This document shows positions 57,497 through 64,000 of a stretch of DNA of 64,000 nt, in pieces. Position numbers and translations under genes: made by a program. How positions within the stretch are numbered: position 1 is the first letter of the stretch; each line of letters opens with the position of its first letter. The notes under the pieces were generated by a model, which saw nothing but the letters and a program-made list of their open reading frames with translations, was not told the origin of the DNA and did not search any database. The stretch is from a virus: the IMG/VR virus record IMGVR_UViG_3300044811_000031, positions 1 through 64,000 of that record, one strand, 5' to 3'.

Positions 57497-57962
57497 CGTC
57501 TTCCTCCGGGAACATCAGGTCGAAGCAGGGACCGCAGGTGCCGGTCTTGACCAGCTCGCGCTCGTCGGCGTTCAGGTACGGCAGCGCGTTCTGGATGAAC
57601 ATGCCGCCACGCCAGTCGGCGAGGTCGGACTCGCTGACCTCCAGCGTGGTGGCCGTGCCGCACACCCGGCAGGTGTAGTCGCGGGGCAGCCGGGCCGACG
57701 ACAGGAAGATCGTCTGCGTCTCGCAGACGCGGGTGTCGGGGCTGCCTCCGGGGGCCTCGCTCAGCCAGCCGGAGATGCCGCCGGAGCTGACCGCACCGCT
57801 CACGCCGTACTCGGTCTTCATGACCTGCGCGGCCTCGCGCACCAGCTTGGTGTGCTCGGCCGCCGGGCCGTAGCTGTAGATCGCCACGATGCCGTGGCCC
57901 CGGTCCTCCGCCTCGTGACGGTAGACGTACCGGGGGTTCTCCAGGGGCTTCCTGTCAGTCAT
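57489..57962 (-). CDS. Hypothetical protein with C-terminal Zn-binding domain
   Basis: CRVCG...IQNALPYLNADERELVKTGTCGPCFD. Confidence 0.65.
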   Translation of the reverse strand: MTDRKPLENPRYVYRHEAEDRGHGIVAIYSYGPAAEHTKLVREAAQVMKTEYGVSGAVSSGGISGWLSEAPGGSPDTRVCETQTIFLSSARLPRDYTCRVCGTATTLEVSESDLADWRGGMFIQNALPYLNADERELVKTGTCGPCFDLMFPEEDDE

Positions 57963-57972
57963 GCTGTCCCTC

Positions 57973-58203
57973 CTAGTTGAACTGGGATATGGCGTGCTGC
58001 TGGTCGATGTCCCAGTGGGACGCCGAAGCGGCGATCTCGCCCTCGGGGCAGAGATCCTGGATCAGGCCGGAGCCGAGAGCCATCACGTGGGAGCAGTGCT
58101 GGCAGTCGGACATGTGCTCGATCCACATGGTGTAGCTCGACCAGTACGGGAGCGACGCCAGCCGGTGTACGGCTGGCGCCACGAACTCGTTGGGGAGGTC
58201 CAT
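57973..58203 (-). CDS. Small hypothetical protein
   Basis: TGATG coupling; HMSDCQHC...CPEG. Confidence 0.55.
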   Translation of the reverse strand: MDLPNEFVAPAVHRLASLPYWSSYTMWIEHMSDCQHCSHVMALGSGLIQDLCPEGEIAASASHWDIDQQHAISQFN

Positions 58204-58601
58204 CACGCCACGGCCAGTACGGCGGCGGCGTGCATGCGGCGCTGGATGTCGGCCCACTCGTTCTGGGCGGCGGTGTCGGCCTCCGCCATGCGGGCGGCGG
58301 CGGCGCGGCTGGCGTCGCTGCGGGGCTCCGGAACGGTGAGCCGGAAGGCGTCGCCCAGGCCGTACGCGGTGACGCGGTCGAGCCGGAAGGTCCGGGTCTC
58401 CCCGGACTGCCGGTCCATCGCCCGGACGTAGCGGTCGCCCTCTGCGTTGCGGGTGATGGCGTACGGCTCGATGGTGCGGACGGTGCCGGAGCTGTTGGCC
58501 CGGGTGTAGACGATGGCCAGCGAGCGGTGCTCGCGCATCGCTCGGGTGACCGTCCGGTACAGGCTGTGCAGACGGACGTTGGTGCAGAGCTGAACTCGCA
58601 T
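58203..58601 (-). CDS. Stand-alone WYL-domain protein
   Basis: IVYTRANS...RTIEPY...YVRAMDRQSGETRTFRLDRV. Confidence 0.8.
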   Translation of the reverse strand: MRVQLCTNVRLHSLYRTVTRAMREHRSLAIVYTRANSSGTVRTIEPYAITRNAEGDRYVRAMDRQSGETRTFRLDRVTAYGLGDAFRLTVPEPRSDASRAAAARMAEADTAAQNEWADIQRRMHAAAVLAVA

Positions 58602-58640
58602 GATCTTTCTCCTGCTCTCCTGGTCCTGCTGGGGTGGTGC

Positions 58641-58655
58641 GATTTAAGTAAACCA
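58641..58655 (-). promoter_or_regulatory. TGGTTTACTTAAATC motif (extended -10 or operator)
   Basis: Near-identical to 52849-52863. Confidence 0.55.
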
Positions 58656-58707
58656 TCAAGGGTCCGGCCGGGGACCAACCACGACGAAAATACCCGGCCG
58701 GACCTTG

Positions 58708-58788
58708 CTCACGGAGTGGGGCCCGAACCCACGTCTGCCCCCCGGGGTGCGGCCCCGGCGGCGCTCTGCCATGTTGAGCTATCCGTGA
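58708..58788 (-). ncRNA. tRNA-like RNA with extended GC anticodon arm and no canonical anticodon loop
   Basis: Acceptor TCACGGA/TCCGTGA, TAGCTCAA...GAGC D-arm, GTGGG-TTCGGGC-CCCAC T-arm. Confidence 0.65.
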
Positions 58789-58912
58789 TCGGCTCCCCGG
58801 TACCCCGGGGAGCCTTCGAGGCTTTCTTTGGGTTGCCCCTCAGACGGACCACCGGCCACGACACTCCGGGTGTCCCCGGCGCGACCGTCCTGGTACCTCT
58901 CCGTCCCTCATG

Positions 58913-58984
58913 TACTCCCACCCGGTCATGATCCGGGACCTGCACCTTGAGAGGGTGCCGGGCATCCATTGCCACCATGGGAGC
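58913..58984 (-). tRNA. tRNA-Glu(CTC)-like with non-canonical T-loop
   Basis: GCTCCCA/TGGGAGT acceptor; GCACC-CTCTCAA-GGTGC; T-arm CCCGG-ATCATGA-CCGGG. Confidence 0.6.
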
Positions 58985-59013
58985 TGGCCCGGCCGGAGCC
59001 GGGGTTGTACGTG

Positions 59014-59508
59014 TCAGTGCCCGCACAGGGAGCGGTGCCCCTCGTCCATGCCGCAGTGATCACCATTCGAATCGTAGCCCGAGCACTGCCGGTGCGGATG
59101 GGCCAGCTGGCAGTCAGGCCCGAACTGGCAGGTGGTGTCGACCGAGGCTCGGGGGGTCATCGTCTGGGTACGCCGCAGCCAGTCGTGGGGGTCGACCAGC
59201 GTGCCCTCGACTTTCCGGGGGAGCGCGGCACCGAACCCGGCGCGCCGTCCCTCCTCCTCGGTCAGCCCATAGTCCGCACCCCGGTTGACGCTCTGGACCT
59301 GCTCCAGGGTCGCGGGCGGGGACACCGTGTGCCTGGCCAGGATGTCCCCGGCCGAGTACGTCTCGGCCTGCTCGTCCAGTGCGGCGAAGACGCCCGCGTT
59401 GTCGAGCGTGTTGATCAGCCAGGCGACCTTCCCGCTCATGCCCACCTGCCCCAGAGCCATGCCCCGGAGTTCGGCCAGGGCCTGGATCGTCTCGTCGCTG
59501 TAGTTCAT
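59014..59508 (-). CDS. Hypothetical protein
   Basis: AGGAGAGATCATG start. Confidence 0.6.
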   Translation of the reverse strand: MNYSDETIQALAELRGMALGQVGMSGKVAWLINTLDNAGVFAALDEQAETYSAGDILARHTVSPPATLEQVQSVNRGADYGLTEEEGRRAGFGAALPRKVEGTLVDPHDWLRRTQTMTPRASVDTTCQFGPDCQLAHPHRQCSGYDSNGDHCGMDEGHRSLCGH

Positions 59509-59530
59509 GATCTCTCCTCGATCGCTGGGA

Positions 59531-59728
59531 CTAGCTGACCTCTACGGTGTCCAGGGCGAGGCTGAGCACCTCGTCGTACGACGTTGCGTTGTGCGCGGCC
59601 GTGGTGAAATCCTCGGCAGCCTCGCGGTGACCGGCGCGCCGGAGGGCCTGGGCGACCTTGGCGATGATGCCGAAGACGTTGCCGTCCTGGCCGGTGAGCT
59701 GGACCTCGACGTCGGGGTAGTTGGGCAT
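59531..59728 (-). CDS. Conserved small phage protein
   Basis: VQLTGQDGNVFGIIAKVAQALRRAG...SYDEVL. Confidence 0.7.
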   Translation of the reverse strand: MPNYPDVEVQLTGQDGNVFGIIAKVAQALRRAGHREAAEDFTTAAHNATSYDEVLSLALDTVEVS

Positions 59729-59760
59729 GATCTCTCCTCGCTCGATCTTGTGGTGCTGAG

Positions 59761-59833
59761 TGGACCCGACAGGACTTGAACCTGCCACCCCCTGTGTGCG
59801 AAACAGGTGCTCTACCAGATGAGCTACGGGCCC
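59761..59833 (-). tRNA. tRNA-Ala(CGC)
   Basis: Cloverleaf; loop TTCGCAC; G3:U70 alanine identity pair. Confidence 0.9.
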
Positions 59834-59868
59834 GTGACGACCCCCGCAGACGGGGGCCGGTAGAAGGA

Positions 59869-59967
59869 TCAGCAGGGAGAGCCGCACTTGGTGCAGCGCC
59901 CCGCCCATTCGCCCGAGCTGCCCCGGGTGTGCTCGCCGCCCGCCGGGCAGCTACCGTAAACGATCAT
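59869..59967 (-). CDS. 32-aa Cys/His peptide
   Basis: GGAGAGGAG RBS; CPAGGEH...CTKCG. Confidence 0.45.
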   Translation of the reverse strand: MIVYGSCPAGGEHTRGSSGEWAGRCTKCGSPC

Positions 59968-60034
59968 CTATGCTCTCCTCTCCGTGGTGTCTGCACGTGC
60001 CCCCGGCCGGACGCCCTTTGGCAGCTCGGTCGGG

Positions 60035-60469
60035 TCAGTTGTCGGTCCCGTCGGACCCGGTCTTGCGGACCAGCTCCCAGCCGCGCTCGTAGGTGGCCTC
60101 TACGGACAGATCGACCTTGAGGACGTACCGCGTACCGGCCTGGCCGTGGAAGCCGCTCCTGATGCCGTCTCCGGCTTCCTCGGGGGTCTGGTACTGGGTG
60201 GGGTCGAAGCCCCGGGAGCCGTCGTCCGACACGACCCGGTCGTTCTCGGTCGAGACGATGTAGTGGGTGTCTGTGCGGTGGGAGCCGGTGCTCTGGCTAC
60301 GGTCCAGGTCGCGGTCCAGGTCGCGCATGTCGCGGACTCCCATGTCGTACGCCCGGACCAGGTAGGCGTCCAGGGCGGCACGCTCGCTGCCGAAGCCACC
60401 GAAGCCACCGGCGTGAATCGCCCGGAGGGCCTCGTCCTGGAGCTGCTGGAGCGGAGTGCGGTCAGTCAT
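60035..60469 (-). CDS. Hypothetical protein
   Basis: GGAGGT RBS. Confidence 0.6.
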   Translation of the reverse strand: MTDRTPLQQLQDEALRAIHAGGFGGFGSERAALDAYLVRAYDMGVRDMRDLDRDLDRSQSTGSHRTDTHYIVSTENDRVVSDDGSRGFDPTQYQTPEEAGDGIRSGFHGQAGTRYVLKVDLSVEATYERGWELVRKTGSDGTDN

Positions 60470-60475
60470 GATCGG

Positions 60476-60679
60476 TTACCTCCCCGCCGCATGGCGGATC
60501 ATCGCAGCGGCACGGGCTTTGGGGTGCTCGCGATTCAGGGCTGACGCCTTGACCACGATCATCGTCTCGGAGTTGATGAACCGGACGTTGATCATCCCGC
60601 CGTCCAGCACCTCATCGACCATGACCATCTCCGGTCCGTCGAAACGGTCCCACCAGACATACTCACCGTGTGCGAACAT
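60476..60679 (-). CDS. Small hypothetical protein
   Basis: AGGAG RBS before MFAHGEYVWW. Confidence 0.55.
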   Translation of the reverse strand: MFAHGEYVWWDRFDGPEMVMVDEVLDGGMINVRFINSETMIVVKASALNREHPKARAAAMIRHAAGR

Positions 60680-60709
60680 CGTTTGCTCCTGCTCTGCTGT
60701 GAGGCTGAA

Positions 60710-60764
60710 TTGCCCCCGCCAACGGCCGGGCCCCGGGTAGGCGGACCGGCCGCTCGCAGCGAAC
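60710..60764 (-). repeat. Intergenic stem-loop repeat, copy 1
   Basis: Shares TTGCCCCCGCCAACGGCCGG and CTCGCAGCGAAC with 62547-62599. Confidence 0.8.
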
Positions 60765-61250
60765 TCAGGCTTCATCGATCGCCTTCTTGACGGCTTCCTT
60801 GAGGTCGAAGCGGTGGGCCGCCTCCCACGCGTGGAGCGCCCGCCGGGCTTCCTGCTCGGCCTTGGCCAGCTGGACGTACTCGACCCGCTCTTCCTGGGCC
60901 AGGGGAGCGACCCGCAGGAGGTGCTCGGTGAGCTGGGTGCGGCTGCCGTCGGACCAGGTGACCAGAATGTTGCCGTTGGCCGCGTGGAAGCCAGTGGCCG
61001 TACCCGAACGGGCGTAGGGCTTGGCCGGGTAGCCGTAGCCACCGCCGGACACACCCAGCTCGGTGAAGGCCACCGCTACCTTGACGACGGCCTGCTTGGT
61101 CGCGGTGGCGATCTTGTCGATCAGCTTGGCCTTGGTCTCAGCCGAGAGGACGTTGCTCGCGACCTTCGCGCCCCAGTTGCCGAACTCGGTGACGTGGATG
61201 TCGACGGTCTGGCCGTTCTTCTCGACCTGCCCGGCCGGGTACTCGATCAT
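60765..61250 (-). CDS. Hypothetical protein
   Basis: AGGAGAAATCATG start. Confidence 0.65.
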   Translation of the reverse strand: MIEYPAGQVEKNGQTVDIHVTEFGNWGAKVASNVLSAETKAKLIDKIATATKQAVVKVAVAFTELGVSGGGYGYPAKPYARSGTATGFHAANGNILVTWSDGSRTQLTEHLLRVAPLAQEERVEYVQLAKAEQEARRALHAWEAAHRFDLKEAVKKAIDEA

Positions 61251-61278
61251 GATTTCTCCTGTCTGGCTGTGAGCCCTG

Positions 61279-61323
61279 TTGCCCGCAGAACGGCCGGGCC
61301 CCCGTAGGGTACCGGCCGCTCGC
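61279..61323 (-). repeat. Intergenic stem-loop repeat, copy 2
   Basis: TTGCCC...AACGGCCGG...CCGGCCGCTCGC. Confidence 0.7.
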
Positions 61324-61335
61324 CGTGCTAGGGGA

Positions 61336-62514
61336 TCACTTACCGGTCACGCCCACCAGGCCCACGGCCGCGAGCGCGTCGGCGTTCATGGCGTACGCCT
61401 TGTCCGCGTCGGCGACCGTCTGGCTGAACGACGTGATCGCGTTGAACAGCCCGCCGGTTGTGGTGTCGCCACCCTTGATGAAGTGCTCCAGGATGCCGTC
61501 CGTGTCCTCCTTGGAGAATGCGTCCCGCTTGACCAGAGCCTTGACCACGTCCTGCGGCTTGCCGGTGACGGGGCGGTCGGAGCCGGACTCGATGCGCTCG
61601 ATGACCCGCTCCATGTAGTCCGTGTCCAGGAACGTCTTGACCGCGTCCCGGGTCTGGAGGGTGATCAGCTCCAGGTTCTTGGCGGCGGTCTCCTCGCTGT
61701 AGCGGACGACGCCCTCCTCCTCCAGCCGGGAGCCGAGGTGGCGGCGGCTGACCGCGTCCTGGGTGATGGTCATGCCGTTGGTGCAGACCTCGATCTCCAG
61801 GCTCGGGGTGATGCTGAAGGCACCGCCGCCGGTCTCGGAGTTGGAAAGGACGAACCCGGCGAACACGGTCGGGTTGTCCGCGCCACGGTTACCGCTGAAG
61901 GGGCTGCGGTAGTCGCGGAGCAGCTTGGGCGCGAGCGCCTGGACCTCGGGGACGACCACCTTGACGTACATGCGGCGGTCGGTCAGGTCGGCCTGACGGA
62001 CGACGTGGGCGTCGAGCCCGGCGGACTTCATGCCGGACAGGGTCGCCATCAGGACGTCCCAGTTGTCGATCGTCTTGTAGCTGTCGGACAGCAGCGCCCG
62101 GGCGTAGCCGTTACCACCGTCCTGGCCCTTGAAGGTCCGGACGAGGAACTTGCGGGGGTCGGTCTCACGGACCAGCGTGCCGTCGTTCTTGGTGAAGCCG
62201 TGGAGCTGGCCGTTGATGTTGGAGTCGATCAGGTCGAGCTTGTTGGTGTCCCGCAGCTCCCGGACGTATGCCCGGGGGACGCGGAGCTTGGCGGCCACGC
62301 CCTCGTCGTACACGGGGGACGGCGCGTAGTGCGCGACCGGGGTGGTGACGCCGGTGTCGGTCACGGCGGCCTCTCCGGCGCCCCGGATGACGACGTTGCC
62401 CTGGTGCGACCACAGGTCGCGGGCGGGGACGATCAGGTCTTCCTTGCGGTCCCGCTGCTCGGTCAGCTCGGTGACGAGCCCCTGAAGCGAAGCGTTGCGA
62501 AGGTTGAGCTGCAT
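61336..62514 (-). CDS. DUF932-like phage/plasmid protein
   Basis: RALLSDSYKTIDN, SNSETGGGAFSITP, VCTNGM, RRHLG. Confidence 0.75.
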   Translation of the reverse strand: MQLNLRNASLQGLVTELTEQRDRKEDLIVPARDLWSHQGNVVIRGAGEAAVTDTGVTTPVAHYAPSPVYDEGVAAKLRVPRAYVRELRDTNKLDLIDSNINGQLHGFTKNDGTLVRETDPRKFLVRTFKGQDGGNGYARALLSDSYKTIDNWDVLMATLSGMKSAGLDAHVVRQADLTDRRMYVKVVVPEVQALAPKLLRDYRSPFSGNRGADNPTVFAGFVLSNSETGGGAFSITPSLEIEVCTNGMTITQDAVSRRHLGSRLEEEGVVRYSEETAAKNLELITLQTRDAVKTFLDTDYMERVIERIESGSDRPVTGKPQDVVKALVKRDAFSKEDTDGILEHFIKGGDTTTGGLFNAITSFSQTVADADKAYAMNADALAAVGLVGVTGK

Positions 62515-62546
62515 GGTGATCTCCTGAGTGTGCAGTTGAGGCCCTG

Positions 62547-62599
62547 TTGCCCCCGCCAACGGCCGGACCCGTGAAGGCGCCCGGCCACTCGCAGCGAAC
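62547..62599 (-). repeat. Intergenic stem-loop repeat, copy 3
   Basis: See copy 1. Confidence 0.8.
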
Positions 62600-62603
62600 A
62601 GGA

Positions 62604-62834
62604 TCAGTTGGTGGCGTGGCCCCGGAGTTCCGAGAGGATCATGATGCACTCGGTCCGGGTCAGGCCCGAGGTGTCGTACTCGGGGTCGCCGTGCTCCTCC
62701 TTGAGCATCTCGTACAGCCTCGCCAACGACACCTTGTCGTACGACGCCTGCACCATCTCGAAGGCCTGGAAGGTGGTCTCGTACTGGCCGTGCCCGGCGA
62801 TCTCCGCCCGGATGGTTCCGTGTCGCTGGCTCAT
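62604..62834 (-). CDS. Hypothetical protein
   Basis: ATGA coupling; GGAG RBS. Confidence 0.55.
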   Translation of the reverse strand: MSQRHGTIRAEIAGHGQYETTFQAFEMVQASYDKVSLARLYEMLKEEHGDPEYDTSGLTRTECIMILSELRGHATN

Positions 62835-63148
62835 GATCGGCACTCCCTTGCAGCGTGCAGCGAGCGGAAGACGATGTTCATGTAGGCGTCGTACTCGTCC
62901 CGGCCGAAGCTGGCGTCGTACTTGGCGTGCATCTTGCAGAGGCCGCGTGCGACCTCCGCCACGCGGCAGGCGCCGTCGTTGGTGTCCGACCGGTCGTAGG
63001 CCGCGAGGATCATCTCGGCCTCTTCGGTGTACTTGTCCGCCAAGGTGACGCTCCGGGGGAGCTTGGCGATGCGGGCCATCAGCTCGGGCTGCGCGGAGTA
63101 CGCGCTGTCGTCGTAGGCGATGTCGTCGCCCCACTCGTTGTCGCTCAT
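62831..63148 (-). CDS. Hypothetical protein, first gene of leftward operon
   Basis: AGGAGAGATCATG start. Confidence 0.65.
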   Translation of the reverse strand: MSDNEWGDDIAYDDSAYSAQPELMARIAKLPRSVTLADKYTEEAEMILAAYDRSDTNDGACRVAEVARGLCKMHAKYDASFGRDEYDAYMNIVFRSLHAARECRS

Positions 63149-63714
63149 GATCTCTCCTGGTGTCGCTGGGGTGGTCCGTGCGGGGCGCCGGGTTGCGACC
63201 CCGGCCGTCGTGGTGACCGGCCGGTCGATCCGGGGATCTCGTCCCCGGCGTCCCAGTGCGCGGTAAGGGTCTGACCCCCGACCGTGCCTGGCGGATTGTG
63301 GCTCCGCCGGGCCGTGTGGTGCTTGTGCCTGGCCGTGCTCGCCGGTCTGGCCGGTCGAGTCGTTCCGCAGGCGATCGTGCTCGTGTATAGGTGACGCTCT
63401 CGATGTCGCGGCTAAGTACCGTCCGGGGCGGTCCGTGAGGATCACCGCTGGGTGGCTCGCTCGATCGTTTCGTGCTGGCGCTCGATCCCTCGCGCTTACC
63501 CCGCCCGGATGTGTCCGACGTGATCAGTCAGTGCCGTATGTCCTCGGCTGATCACCGGCCGTCCCCGGGCAGCGTTTCCGCTGCTGGATCTTGCTTCCGT
63601 TTTCTTGGGGAGGGTCGGTGCCCTGTCGCCGGTCGCGCTTCCGCTTTTAGGCCCTCCCCGGTTCCCCGGGGGCTCTGCCTGGGACTTGCCGCTTGCCCCT
63701 GCCCTACAACCACA

Positions 63715-63743
63715 AATATACGGGCGGTAGTGAGTTATGTAAA
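63715..63743 (-). promoter_or_regulatory. Sigma70/HrdB-type promoter for the leftward arm
   Basis: TTTACA-N17-TATATT on the minus strand in an AT-rich patch. Confidence 0.65.
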
Positions 63744-63861
63744 GTCTCACTTAAGCCTCTGACCTGGGGCTTTCAAACTCGTAGGTAAAGTGTTGGTAAA
63801 GTGATCAAGGCTTCGGGGGCCCTCAACCCCCATACGAATGAGGCAAGTTCACTGACCTGGG

Positions 63862-64000
63862 GTTATACGAAAACTATGCGAGGCCACCGGCCCGGAAGTT
63901 ACCGCGCCGTAGTGATCAAGCTCTGACCAGGGGAAATCCCTAGCAGAAAGAGCTGGCCCACTCGTACCGGGCCAGCTCCGAAAGGCTCTTAGACGGCAAC
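63862..64000 (+). repeat. Dispersed non-coding element, copy C (truncated by window end)
   Basis: GTTATACG...GTTACCG...TGATCA...TGACCAGG...GCAGAA...GCTGGCCC.CTCGTACC as in B; GGCTCTTAGACGGCA as in A. Confidence 0.8.

Noticed and set aside
58815-58850. Hammerhead ribozyme (CTGAGGGGCAACCCAAAGAAA on minus strand)
   Set aside because: Core does not match CUGANGA...GAAA and stems I/III are not evident

Overview
The window looks like most of one high-GC actinobacteriophage genome. The host is probably Streptomyces-like, inferred from an LAXTG sorting signal, an Rpf-type protein and WhiB. No integrase or host genes are visible. The rightward arm (1-49826) carries: an HTH and a PD-(D/E)XK nuclease; a 1406-aa Toprim primase/SF3 helicase/PolA fusion; a ParB + amino acid:DNA transferase + PLP enzyme + 5hmU-DNA-kinase + TET/JBP oxygenase cluster immediately upstream of the small terminase; secreted cell-wall proteins (excalibur-LAXTG, Rpf-NlpC/P60-LysM); an RmlB-like dehydratase; terminase and portal; a 2H-phosphoesterase/MuF/ADP-ribosyltransferase fusion plus a second ART; protease, capsid and siphovirus tail genes with two homing endonuclease insertions; lysis genes; and a glycosyltransferase. 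The leftward arm (49740-63148) holds many small early genes (WhiB, HU, HicA-like, WYL, DUF932-like), three canonical tRNAs and three atypical tRNA-like RNAs, preceded by a ~560-nt non-coding leader and a sigma70-type promoter. The best candidate for a new system is a fully post-replicative thymine hypermodification pathway, in which TET/JBP would supply 5hmU instead of a dUMP hydroxymethylase. Other notable signals are a ~220-bp non-coding element in three dispersed copies and a 27-bp inverted repeat inside the replicase linker. All calls come from reading motifs by eye; no searches were run.
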